Assembly: GCF_021028975.2 (NCBI RefSeq)
Contig: NC_059429.1
Span: 52,700,001-52,764,000, forward strand
Direction of reading: 5' to 3'
Source: Sphaerodactylus townsendi
Taxonomy: Eukaryota
Length of the DNA stretch: 64,000 nucleotides
The notes beneath the pieces were generated by a model. The model did not search any database, had not been told where the DNA came from, and saw nothing but the letters and a program-made list of their open reading frames with translations. Positions within the stretch are counted from its first letter, which is position 1; each line of letters begins with the position of its first letter. Shown one piece after another: positions 36,727 to 49,300 of the stretch. The translations under genes were made by a program, and so were the position numbers.

Positions 36727-36852
36727 GTAAGCCAACAGATCCTAATTCAGCAGCATGGGCAGCCTATTATGCTCACTACTATCAGCAACAAGCGCAGCCA
36801 CCACCTGCAGCTCCACCTAGTGCACCACCAGCCACGCAGACCAATGGACAAG
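36727..36852 (+). CDS. FUBP1: FUBP1 exon 17 (GKPTDPNSAAWAAYYAHYY...TQTNGQ)
   Basis: Tyr-rich repeat 1, splice sites; an alternative in-frame acceptor at 36738/36739 is possible. Confidence 0.92.
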
Positions 36853-36959
36853 GTATCAGAATGATTTATGTGATAATAATTTCTTATGATATGATGGACT
36901 TCCTAGGATATTTTCAGCAGGTTTCTGTTATTCCCAGAAAACCTGATTATCCTGTAGTG

Positions 36960-37093
36960 TCGTGGTTCTCAACCTGGGGTTCACATACCAGAGCATTTGG
37001 GGGTTTGTGAAAAAGATTCCATAATATAGGGGAACAATTTTAGTGAAATGGGTTGCCAGGGGTATGTGAATAAAAACAGGTTGGGAACCCCTG
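36960..37093. mobile_element. Short hAT-Charlie (MER5-like) MITE
   Basis: TIRs gtggttctcaacct / aggttgggaacccctg; 8-bp TSD CTGTAGTG. Confidence 0.85.
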
Positions 37094-38566
37094 CTGTAGT
37101 GTATTTACAGTGGGAAAATAGCAATTCAGAAGATGATACATAATGAAGCACATTATAATAATTCCAAGGACAAAATGTTGATTAAATAACAATTCTTTGG
37201 TATTGTGCATTATTTTCAAGTCACATTGCCTAATACATGTTCCTGATCTGAGCTTCAAACTAGAGTGGAATAGAGTTTTTTCCACTCTTTCAGCCCTTTT
37301 CACCACTCATGAGGAGCACCTGACACAGCTAGGCAGGCTTGTGTGTCTCATAATTCCAATTCTAAAAATTAATCCACTTTTTAAGACTTGCTTCAAGTCT
37401 GCTTTGTCCTACTTTCACAGATCAAAGCCTCAAAGTGGCAAAAGTGGGGATGGCTGTTGTATTTTTCCATATTGTGCTTTCCACAAAAAGATAGTTACCA
37501 TATTGCTGCTGTACAGCTATGCCAGCAAAGATGAAACACACAAACCTGTTCCAGTGTGGAAACATCTTCCTTTCACATTTTGTGTGCCCCACACTCTGTT
37601 TCACCAGGGCTTCTCCACAGTGCCCTGGGAGTTCACAGGATATTTGCTGTTGTTTTCTCTACCTTCCCCTTAAGCACCCATCTAATTCACTGCCATTACC
37701 AGTTTGCCTATACTAGCCCCAGCCTCTCTTTCTGGTCTTCTCCATACATCATCTTTTGTGCTTGGATTGATGTGTGGTCTATGGTTGCTCTCTTGCCTTA
37801 CAACAAAATCAGTTCCAGTGTTCCTTGCATAGAGAGTAGGAGACTCTAGACAGGAAAAAATGCTGGCAGTAAGGAAAAAGCTGAGGAGAGTCATTTTGTA
37901 AGCACATGGGCTTCCAGTTACAAATAACTTGGGTTGACATTTAGTTCTATTCTGTTGGTCACATGATTTTTCTTAGGATCAGATTCTTTCAGATCCAGTC
38001 ACTGTAGAGCAGCTGCTGAGATCATGGCTGAGTAGGAGCCCTTTTCCAAAACACAAAACAGTCTGAAGGCAAAGTTTGCAAGGCCATGAAAGCCTTTTGT
38101 ATTTTCTTTTACCTGCCCATTTTCCTAAATCATTGCATATGATTCGTTCCTTTAGAACAGAATTTTAGTCTTAATGTTCAAAATATATTTTGACATAGTA
38201 TTCAGTTTGGCTGTATGACTGACTGTCCCCCTGATGCTTTAATCCATGATTTCTCAAATGTGATCACAGGTAAACCTCACAAGTGATTTTGCTGCAAGTA
38301 AAGACCAGTTGTGGCACCCCTACATTAAAAAATGTGCATTGAATTTGGTGTCAGTTGTCAGTGCAAAAAACTTTTCATGTTTTAGCTCAGAAATAACCAT
38401 TTAAGGCATTGAAGTAGAGTAAAAGTTTTCCTCATAAAGGTTTCAAATAAACATTTCAAACTTGTTTAATTGTTTCATTGTTTTGATTCTTCTGTGAAAT
38501 ATTTTGCAGTTGATTATATGAAATGTTGAACTGCTTCAACTCTACTTTGATTTTCTATTCATTTAG

Positions 38567-38641
38567 GAGATCAGCCAAATCAAGCACCAGCAGGGCAGGT
38601 AGATTACACCAAGGCATGGGAAGAGTACTATAAAAAAATGG
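38567..38641 (+). CDS. FUBP1: FUBP1 exon 18 ([25 protein letters not shown])
   Basis: Tyr-rich repeat, splice sites. Confidence 0.95.
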
Positions 38642-41396
38642 GTACGTTTTACATTTTTCTCTTAAATAAAAAAATCAGTTTTCTGTGATTTACTCCTAAG
38701 AAGTTTTGTTTTTGTATGAACTATATTTCGTTAAAATGTTTAAAGAAGGTATGCTTTAGTTTTATGCTGCATTTTTCCTTTGTTGCCCTAGGGAATTAAG
38801 CTATCATTCTGACACCTTATGGTTGCACCCAGCATCTTGTAGCAATAAGACTGGTCAGACAGGGAATTATATGCAAGCATAGCTGTTTTACAAGAAGAGT
38901 GTTTATTGTATTTAAAATAAATTTTCATGCCTACTATTCTTATAACATCCAACGTGGAGTAGTCTCCTGAAACTGGATCCTATGCAGCTGTAGGCGGAGG
39001 TGTATATTTTTACCTTTCCTGAATAAGCTACCTGTAAGCATTGAAAAAGCATAGGCAGGGAGGATACCTTTATGGATTCATACAAAAATTGCTACAATAA
39101 GGAGAAGTGGTTGAAATTGTTCCTCCTGCTTTTTTGTTAGCCTTTTCTGCTCATGGATGGCTTCCTGTAGTGGCAGAAAGGAGGCAGCCCACTGATCTTA
39201 AGTCTTTGAAATAGACAAGCACAGTTATTTCTCTGACTTTGTATGGTATCCCTAAGTTGTCCCATAAATTAAAACTTCACATGAAAAATGGGTAATGGTC
39301 TGTATTGTGAAATTAAAACAGGTAGAATTCACAGATAACCTGCCTCTTTTGGTAAAACCATGGCTTTCATGAAATAGGATCAAGTTTTTTGCAGTGCTGA
39401 ACTAAGCATTTTAAAATTGACCTTACTGTTCAGCTTTCAAAAAGTGAATTAAAATGAATTCTGAACTGACCTTTGTGGGGAAAATATGCTTATAGATGAA
39501 TATACTCCCATTCTTTTAAACATTGATCTTGTTTTTGTTGATATACATCATATATATGAACCATATACTTGTCAGAGGCATAAGTTCATATTGATAAAAA
39601 TGAAATGAAAAAATGAGATTTTAAAAAATGCATTTGGGGTTAGTGTAACGCTGTAGAGACGCTGTAGATGCAGCTGGGTGGGGAAGCAGAGAGAAAAAAA
39701 TCCAGAGAGTAGAGAAATGAGACCACCCTCCAGTAAGTACTTGTGGATCTCACTTGTACACACCAGAATTTACAGGAGATAGCATATTTATCAAAGTTGG
39801 TTTCTTTTGCTTAAGATGCTGGTAAAACTTGTTAGGGGACATATTGTATTTATATTCTAAAATCCACTTTGTGGCACAAAATATACTCCAGAGTGTTGGG
39901 GCAAACCTACTGGGTGTCCTACAAATGTGTAAGGGGATGCAGATGGAGTAGCGTGGAATTGATGTACACATCCTACACAGACAGGCAATGTCTTCCACTT
40001 GTGCAGCAGGATCTGCAGTTTGATGCCATGAATGGGGCAAAATATGAAGACTCCAGATTACTTCCATGAATGCAGGAATTTATCTGGTCTGTTAGATTTG
40101 TACTTTGAAGGCGCTACAGTTTTAGTCTTGCAGTGTGATCTTGAATGTTAAACATATTTCCTTCCATCTCATTCTTTTGTAGGGTCATATATCAACTGAC
40201 ACATAGAATAGAAAGCCAGCATAACATAGTCAATTGTATGTTGGCACTGGGATTAAACATGAAACTCATTTGATGGCCTTCAAGCCTATTCAATATTTTA
40301 CAGCCTTCCTCACAGAGTTATTGTAAAATCTTTATAAATAAAACAGAATTTATCTTCATGAATCCCAGTTCTCTGGAAAAGGGGAGGATCAGTTGTGATG
40401 TTTCAAACTCCATGAGATTATTTTTCTTTAAAATAAAAACCCACATTACTTGCAACCCACTGGTGAGTTAGTAATAGCCTTCTCTCGATTGAATAGGTTG
40501 CTGATAAATCAAAGAACATTTCAAGCAAGATGTGGTAGTTTTATTGCCTTGTAATATGTATGGGAAGTTTTGTTGTGGATATTTTCTGGCTTGTTCAAGC
40601 ATATATAATTAGACCTTTGGATTTGTTTTTAAGTATTACTCTTGTAATACCATAATGATATTGCTTCATTCAGTGTGTATACACTTAGAAAGCTAGTTTT
40701 CTAATTTTTCATTATTATAAATTTAAAAAAATAGTAGTGAATTGCTGTAAAGTAATTCACATGTTGCGATCACCATAATCTGCCAATGCTTATTCCTTTC
40801 CCTTTTTAGTATCTACTGTATGCTTTTAGTTATAGGCATAGAAGTTCCGGGGGCAGCTTTTAAAGTCACATTATATAAGATTTGACAGGAAATGCTTGTT
40901 TATTGTGAAAGTATTGGAGAGTGCTCGTATAGGAATTTCATGGCTGCAACCTTTACAGCTGGTTAATGGAGACCCTTTCCTAGACGTACTCTGTGTTATG
41001 TGTAGAGTGCTATAAATGTGTGAGAATACATCACTGCATTCAACCAGTAGGATTCTCAGGCGTTCTATCTGCTTTGGGGGAAAGGCACCGATAGGTTGGA
41101 CATTTGCTCCTATACACTGTGGTAGGCTCTCCCACACACCCATGTGCTAAATGTGTTTACTGCTGTAAAGCCTATATTGATATAATAAAATTAAAAGAGC
41201 TGGTGTCAAGTGGATAAAATCTTGAGTTTTATTATAAGCTCTGGTACAGAGTATGCAACAAGAAAATACTGTATTAACTTGAGGCTTAATACCATTTTTC
41301 TTATTTGCACTATGGTTCAAATGAAGCAGTATTCTTATCTGTAATGTTGGTGTACCTGGGAGCTTTGTTTACATTAAAATGTGGGGGGTTTTTCAG

Positions 41397-41456
41397 GTCA
41401 ACAAGGGCAGCCACAAGATTATTCAAAGGCTTGGGAGGAATATTACAAGAAGCAAG
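41397..41456 (+). CDS. FUBP1: FUBP1 60-nt cassette exon ([20 protein letters not shown])
   Basis: tttcag acceptor, gtaatg donor, phase 1-1 symmetric, paralogous to the exon 18 repeat. Confidence 0.85.
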
Positions 41457-41541
41457 GTAATGTTTGTTAGAAATGAGATTATTTTGAGCTTCTTCTGTCC
41501 CTGTTATGGCATGAGAGTGGTATAATCTGCATTTATTCTAG

Positions 41542-41687
41542 GTCAGGCAGTTCCAGCTCCAGCGGGGGCACCACCAGCAGGTCAGCCTGATTATAGTGCA
41601 GCATGGGCCGAATACTATAGACAGCAGGCAGCCTATTATGCCCAGACAAGTCCACAAGGAATGCCGCAACATCCTCCAGCACCCCAG
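41542..41687 (+). CDS. FUBP1: FUBP1 exon 19 (GQAVPAP...[17 protein letters not shown]...PPAPQ)
   Basis: Tyr-rich repeat, splice sites. Confidence 0.95.
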
Positions 41688-42066
41688 GTATAAAAATCTT
41701 ACATTATTTGACTATAGTGACTTCTATTGTGATTTCTTGGGGTTATTTTTATTCTTTCTGTTTTGTTTTTGCATGTCTCCCACTCTGATACCGTTCTGGA
41801 GTATGCATTCTTTTTCCTGCCAAAGGATAATTAGTAAATAAATTCATTATCTCAGTTAACTGGAGTGCTCTCTCTGTCTTTGCATACATTCAGTGCTTTT
41901 GATCAATAAAAATTTCTCCTCCCAGGGTTTTTGAAAGCCATGCAGGAAGCCACCATCATTACATTAACCAATTTTTCTTTCTTAAAGGCTTCACTCCTGA
42001 GTTAGCATAATTTTAAAAAGATTTTCTTTAACTTTTTGTGTATCTCTTATGTATTTCTTCGCACAG

Positions 42067-42075
42067 GGCCAATAA
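42067..42075 (+). CDS. FUBP1: FUBP1 canonical last coding exon (GQ*)
   Basis: gcacag|GGC CAA TAA followed by AU-rich 3' UTR. Confidence 0.9.
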   Translation, partial: GQ

Positions 42076-43084
42076 TGAGAAGTGGACAATACAGTATTTG
42101 CTTCATTATGTGGGGGAAAAAACCTTTGTTAAATGTGTGGATGCAGACGCCTTGATGAAGATCATAATTTTGTTTGGTTTAAAAATAGTGTTTTGAAAAT
42201 GTACAAAATATCTATCACTACTGATAGGAGGTAATATTTCTGTGTAGAAATGAAATTGGTTTGTTTTTAGTACATTAGTGTAGATGTACACATTCCAGCA
42301 AATGTATTTGCAACTATTATGTGGTCAATGCTTTGTGATATAAATGTACTTTTTTCAATGTATACTTGATCACTTTTAAATGCCTGTTTTGTGCTTTACA
42401 ATAAATAATATGAAACCTCCTGTGTCGGTAAGTTGGATATGTGGGTCTCCAGAATTCAACGACTTGTTAGCAATGCTGTACATGTACACAAGTAAGAGCT
42501 TTTTCCTTGAAAGTTTTGAGTTTGACGTTGGTATTCTCCCTTTGCAGAATAGTTTAGAAGGATCTCTTTTGTTGCTGTATTTTGCTGTTTAGCATCTTGA
42601 TATCCTTCTCTTTCTACTTGATTAAAATTTGCATGTATGTGAAGGTGTTTCTTGACATACTTCTGTTGTGTTAACAGTTGAAGTTTCTTTTTTTTCATGA
42701 CCACTGTCTCAGACCCATATAGCTGCTATAGTTAACCTTTGTTTTTATACATGATTTGATTATTTAGTATATTTTTCAGGCACGTTATTAAAATAATTAC
42801 TGTAGCAATTAGATGTGCAAAGCGGTCAGTTTGCTGCACTTTGGTTGAGAATTCAGTGTAGTAAGGTTATCTTATTTTAGTTACAAAACTGCATTTGTCA
42901 TAGAAACATGCTTTTTGGAGTCCTGAAAGTGCTTAACAGATAAAGTCTATTTTAAAATGCTGAAGACTAGTCATTCAATTTATATTATGAAAAAAGTCTC
43001 CATAAAGTGTTTTATTCTTAATAGTCATACTGAAAATTGGTGTTCTGTTAAAATCCACTGTTTGCTTTTTTGCATATATTAGAT

Positions 43085-43286
43085 NNNNNNNNNNNNNNNN
43101 NNNNNNNNNNNNNNNNNNNNNNNNNNNNNNNNNNNNNNNNNNNNNNNNNNNNNNNNNNNNNNNNNNNNNNNNNNNNNNNNNNNNNNNNNNNNNNNNNNNN
43201 NNNNNNNNNNNNNNNNNNNNNNNNNNNNNNNNNNNNNNNNNNNNNNNNNNNNNNNNNNNNNNNNNNNNNNNNNNNNNNNNNNNNNN
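43085..43286. other. N gap (202 nt)
   Basis: Run of N. Confidence 1.
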
Positions 43287-44063
43287 TGCAAATGCCATAC
43301 CTGTGTGAATATTATGTTGGAATAAAATACAGTGCTGATATCTTAGAAAATCATAACTGCTTCTTAATTCAGAAACTTAGGTGTGCACATATATATGTAT
43401 GTATGTATATGTGAGCTTTATGGGTAAGTATTGCTGAGACATTTAGTTTTAGCTGAATTGTCATGTACCTAAGTAATATTTTTTCATTAGGGGTTCAGAA
43501 ACAAGATGTATTCAGATATAAACTTGTGTATTGTTAACAAAGTTTAAATTGCTTGTAAGGAGGACACTGTTTTGTCTTCAGTTTGTCTGCTTATATTTGG
43601 TGATATAGGTATATGTTAATAACCTGTATTAGCCTTATCTTTGGAAACTATTTTGTTGGGGTTCTTTTTGAGAATACACTTAGAGCGGTTGGTAGAGAAG
43701 AATGAAATGAAGCTCAGAAATGAAGTCTTTTACTGCACAGATAGCTAGAAATGCATTCTATAGTCCTGTAGAATCAGGAGGGAATTTATTTTTATCCCAA
43801 TTTACATTAGGATTTAAAGTAGACTTTTGAAAAGATTATTAGGAAATTATTAAATATATTTAGAGTAGGCTATAAAGGCTCTAGAGCAACTACTTTGCAT
43901 GATGCGACTGTAGCTTATTGGAGAATGGTGTAGCTGCTAACTAAACAGAACAAAAATTCACCAGATTCTTTATCATTCACCAAATGGAGGCTGTTGATTT
44001 TGATTCATTTAAAGTATAAAATCTTTATTAATTGCAAACAGTGCAATTATTTATACTTCACAG

Positions 44064-44109
44064 TGCCTTCCCAGACCTTCCACCTTAGGTTCTGCTGCAA
44101 AAAGCACAG
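44064..44109 (+). CDS. FUBP1: FUBP1 alternative C-terminal exon (CLPRPSTLGSAAKST)
   Basis: cttcacag acceptor and AG|GTAAGC donor; peptide resembles an alternative FUBP1 C-terminus recalled from mammals. Confidence 0.65.
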
Positions 44110-44944
44110 GTAAGCACAACCTAAGGAAGTGTATAAATACATATTTCAGTATATTAATGTTGTCCCTGTGAGATTTTTTTTGTGGTTGTGTATTCAAAAG
44201 CAATCTGCCAATATCTTCCCCAAATGTATTCTGCTATTCATGGTTCAATTCCAGTGGAAAGTCTGAAACAATTATTTACATTTCTGGGTAAATGTGTGTC
44301 TTTATTTTTAAAAGATAAGTGGATTGCTGCAATAATTTTTGAGTAAGTCACTTTTACTATTTTTCCCTCAGTAGCTGAGTTGTTTCAAATGAATATAAAT
44401 TATTTTTTTCAAGATACAGGAAATACTTGGTCAGAACTTCAACAGCCTTCACAAATGCTTTTATAATGTAAAGGATGTTATACCCAATACTATTTACTCA
44501 AGCATACTGTGTTACTCTAATTCCCAAGACTGATGTCTAATTTTTTTACGTTATACACCATAATATCCGTACAACAGATTAACCTAGCTTGCTTATTTGA
44601 TTTGATACAGAAGGAAAAATTTAGACTTGAATTTTGAAGAACAGCTTATTAGTAAGCATGTGTGCCAGTAAAATGTTAACAGTTCGGCAAATCTTTCCTT
44701 TTTATAGTGATTTCTTTGCTATTTCAGCTGAATTGCTGTATATTTTTGCCAGTTTAAAATGTTTTGTGTTATGGCTTATTTAGATAGCTTAACTGGTACA
44801 TTTTTTTAATTTAGACAATACTAAGGCAGTACCATCAGTTTTTTGTTTGTCACTTAATAAAATGTTTTGATTTTCTCAAAAGTCCTGTTTTTCTCTGCAT
44901 CAAAGAAAATTATTCAAAAATACTGCCTTCATTTTCACACACAG

Positions 44945-45030
44945 TGCTGAAGATGCTGCAAGCACCAAATCATAGCTCATAAAATCAGGTCCTGAGATAG
45001 TTACTTCCAATAAAGAGGATTCCTTTGAGT
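44945..45030 (+). other. FUBP1: FUBP1 distal alternative terminal exon
   Basis: acacag acceptor; one frame reads AEDAASTKS*; AATAAA at ~45009. Confidence 0.55.
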
Positions 45031-48013
45031 GTATGGCCATGGTGAGCCGATGAGCATGGACCATAGAAGGGCTCCATGTAGAAGGTAAAATTGGCAAAAT
45101 ACCGATTTTAAATGTATCCCATACTTAATGGTGTAGGGTATAATTTGCCTGTTTTAATCACTTCTCATTCTTTAAAGTGCTATTTGCTTGACCATAAATG
45201 TTCCGTAATTTGTTATGTGGTAACAATACAAGCCATCTATCAATTTACACGTTGCTAAATAGTCAAGCATAGATATGTTTTGCATTTCACAACTAAATTT
45301 AATAGCTGTACTTGAAAACCCTCAAGCCGCTTCATTTTTTTGTTGTAGTTCAGCATGTCAGATTTCATTTTTATTGGGAACTAGGTTTGTGTTGTGCTGT
45401 TGACCTGCTAAAGAACTTCATCTGGGCTGGATTTCATTTCCCCATTTTAAAAACAGAGTTTTATTTTTGCCACTCCATTTTTATAAATGCAGCTTAAATT
45501 GTAGAACAATTCAAGGCAAGGGAACAAATAGAAAAGATGGATATGTCTGACATAGGAGGCGATTTAACAGTCTAAGCATTAATCTTTTCATTGGGCTAGT
45601 GGTACTTTAGGTATCTTCTGACATTGTGTAGTTTTGCTGTTCAGTTTCAGTCTCTGATTTCTTTCAGGAACATTATTGGTTTTTCTTGAGCAGTTGTGAT
45701 TTGTCAGGAAAAATTGCAGATTTTAATATAGAATGTTAGAGTACCCTGACTTGAATCAGGTGTGAGAGTGCATGTTTTAAAGGAAATAAAAGAACATCTT
45801 TAAATTTCAGTAATGCTCACAGATCACTGCTTAGTGTGAGTTCTGTATAGTCAAGCTGTGCTGATTTAATAATAATTCCTTATCTGTATCTTTTGTATAA
45901 GTTACACTTAAGTGGTTTTAGGGGCTAGGTAGGCTATGTGTTTCACTAATCACTTCTTTCCACAAAATATTATGAGCAACAGGGGCAGCCTTTCTTTTCA
46001 TAGGGTTAAGAGTTTAGAGCATCTAGATCTTTTTCTTATACTAGCTTTTCAGAAAGCAAGACACAGCCTGCATAATGCATACAACAAATCCACTTTTCCT
46101 ACTTGCAGTATCCTTAAGTTTATGCAACCTTTATCTTATATGCATGCAACATGCATTTTCGTCCTGAGATAGTGTTCTTTACAGAAACTACCCGTGTTTT
46201 AAAAAAGAAGATTGTCTTTAAAAGGCTACTGTGATGGGAAGTATCTTAGGGAGATGCAGCTTGGACGTGAGGTAAATCAAATGCTTTACACTATGTTGTG
46301 TTGAACTTGCAATAAGGCATTGTATGTATTCATGAAAATACATTATTTGTAATGTTTTTGTATAAGTTCTCAATAAATGTAAACTAATGGGTAGTGTGTC
46401 TTGTCTTCTGTACTTAGGTAATTTTTCATCTAAGCGCCTTTGACCCACAATCATGTATTGCTGGGTTGTGGGATAGCTGTGGACAAAAAGCCAAACAGTT
46501 ACCAAGGCAGTGTGTAGGGGGAGATTAGGCAGAATTGCCCTGGACATTTAGCTCTTGTATTGGCAGAAATCAACTGTTGGAAAAGGGTGGCCAGTTTTCC
46601 ATCTTTTCTCCACATGGTTTTTCTACAAGTGTTCCCGGAGGGACGAAGTGCCTGTGTGATAGGAAAAATTTACTTCAACAGAGTCTGTTCACAAAATCTA
46701 ATCCCATTAAATGCCCAAGAATTGTAGATAAGGTTGAATGGCCATAACTTTTGTGAAATGAAGAAAAGCTTTGTGAGACTCAACAGAGATTTATTAACCT
46801 TTCAATTAATTCAGAACACAGCATAGGAAAATTTGGTACATAGGTTTTAAAGGCCAGGTAAATCCTGTATAAAAATTTATTCTAACTTGTAATTTTTCTA
46901 AATTCTGGCCAGTTAAATGTAACCAAAATCTACTGGAGAATTCTTTTTAGTATGTATGGTAGTCTGCATTGGAATTTAGTTTCCAGTTATTCATTAGCAA
47001 AAAGCAAACCTGTAATCACTTTTTATTCAAAGTATATATGAAAACCATATTTATTGGTAATTCTGTTTCTGTATACTGTAGTGAGATGATTTAATACAAG
47101 AGGTTCAAGTTGAAAAGTCATCCAGTATCATCATAATGCTTAATTACTGAATACTATGACTTTGATTCAGTATTATAAGCAGCATTCTAGACAATGTCTA
47201 ACTTCTAATACAAAATTATAAACGCTAATATTTCAAAGAACTTTGACAACCGCATATACATGATAATTACATAACTCTGCTTTCAAGCCACTATTCTGAT
47301 TGTATGTTATTCAAGCACATTAAAGAAAATACTGCATTAAACAAAAACCCAATTAAATAAACAACTAAAATTTGGCTACTAAATTTTCCGCACTGTTTTC
47401 AGATCAAATAAATTGAGGACAACATTAATGTAGAATGAATTAATTGGTCTTCATCTGCTGGAACAACTTTGTTCTGCTGTTTCCAGTGTCCTTGCCCTAA
47501 TTTTACATGTGCAAACAATGGCATGAAAACTGCAATGAATCCAGAGGCTCTCCCAGGCAGATTACTTGTGCGAAGCAGTTCACCATGCTCTTGTTTTTCA
47601 CTACACTGATACGAGCTATTTTTGTACTGACATCAGGAAGACAAGTGTGATGACTTAGCAGGCTGCTTCACATGAATGCATTGCCTGTTGGTAATAGCCT
47701 TGCTGTGTGAAGCAACAAATTAGTCATAAGTAAGGTGTGGGGTGGGGGTTAAGCCACTGTTTACCAAACTGTCAAATTACTGTTTGAAATAAAGAGGTTT
47801 AGAACAGGCAATTGAATATCTTATTTCAGGAATGACAGACATTTTTCTTGTTGGCCCCACCACAGACAGAAAGAGAGATGAATGCAGTAAATTTAGAGAA
47901 GGAAGGCTCCAGATGAAGTAGGCTATTAATAGTCATCAGCTGGAAGAAGAGAAGAGAAAAAGAGAGTTAACTGATTTAGAAAAAGATGGGAGATATGAAT
48001 TGTTATTAAAATG

Positions 48014-48385
48014 CTAAGTCTTACTTTCAATGGTGAGAATACAGGTGCTAGCTGCTGTTCCTCTGCTATTTACTGCTTTACACATATATTCTCCCTCATC
48101 TTCTGGGAAAGTTTCTGGTAAGTAAAGACAGTAGGTATCTCCTCTCTCAATATATTGATAGTCCTCACAGTCCTGCAACATTTCCCCTTCAAACCACCAT
48201 GTGATTTCTGGTTTGGGTTCTCCAGACATTTTTACAGTAAATCTTACTGGTTCACCATCCACAACTGACACATTTTTAAGAGGCTTCTTGAACCATGGGG
48301 CCCCAGACCTTGCTTGCTGTTCTTCATCTTCATAAACTGAGCCATTAACAATGCTCCCATCATCATCTTCCTCCTCTTCCTTTTT
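48014..48385 (-). CDS. NEXN: NEXN last coding exon (Ig-like domain; [10 protein letters not shown]...CILTIESKT*)
   Basis: ORF 48014..48445, tgcag acceptor, TAG stop. Confidence 0.96.
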   Translation of the reverse strand, partial: KKEEEEDDDGSIVNGSVYEDEEQQARSGAPWFKKPLKNVSVVDGEPVRFTVKMSGEPKPEITWWFEGEMLQDCEDYQYIERGDTYCLYLPETFPEDEGEYMCKAVNSRGTAASTCILTIESKT

Positions 48386-48458
48386 CTGCATTTTCAGATA
48401 AGAATTATGAAAAGAAATATGATTCATACAATACTGGTATTGCATAATACTTATATCT

Positions 48459-48792
48459 CAGAGGGCCCCAACCTTTCTGAGCCTGTGGGGACATTTGGAA
48501 TTATGATGAGGAGGCACAGCCAACCACAAAATGTCACGCTTAACTAATAGTAACTAATCAACATTTCTGGCAGAAGCTCTGTTTAGCAGTATGCCTTTTA
48601 AAATGAACAAGTATCTCTGGATACACATGGCTTACCTTCAGTTATTCAGTAAAATTTTATACTGTCAAAACAACTGCTGTTGAAGTGATTTTTTCTAATC
48701 TGCCAGCCAATCAGAAGCCCTATTGGCCAAAATCCCACTTGGTCCCACATACTTTCTAAAACATTTGGCGACTCCACATTTTGAATCCTGAC
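48459..48792. mobile_element. Old hAT-Charlie-like MITE
   Basis: cagagggccccaacctt start; internal segments match the reverse complement of the element at 63025-63432. Confidence 0.55.
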
Positions 48793-49090
48793 CTAGATCA
48801 TACATGTGTATTCCATTGTTTCTCAATATTGCACTTGGATTTGGAGAAGAGAAACAAACAGCTACCATCTTGCTCCTGTAGTTCCTTCAAGCTTGCTTTT
48901 CCTATGAAGTGCCAATTTCCTTGAGAAAAAGTACACTACTGTATGTGGGATCCACACAGCAGGATAACAAGAATTGTCCTCCACCTTTACCAATAGTTGT
49001 CTTGTTCTGGCCTTGATCTCCAATGACTTGAGTGTGTTACAATGTATGCTAGTCCCTTGTTTTCTCCACACACAAGGTTTTCTAGCTTTA

Positions 49091-49300
<210 letters not shown>

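Larger units (their letters stand above)
5825..42075 (+). other. FUBP1: FUBP1 gene, coding span (far upstream element-binding protein 1; 4 KH domains, Tyr-rich C-terminal repeats)
   Basis: 20 GT-AG-bounded exons join in frame to 1926 nt (641 aa), starting MADYSTVPPP and ending PPAPQGQ*. Lies convergent to NEXN as in other vertebrates. Confidence 0.97.
42076..45030 (+). other. FUBP1: FUBP1 3' UTR / alternative terminal exon region with several AATAAA signals
   Basis: No recognisable mobile elements in this U-rich tract; AATAAA near 42399, 43321, 44856 and 45009. Confidence 0.7.

Noticed and set aside
39600-41200. Possible poison exon or snoRNA in FUBP1 intron 18
   Set aside because: No convincing paired splice sites or box C/D or H/ACA layout could be assigned by eye.
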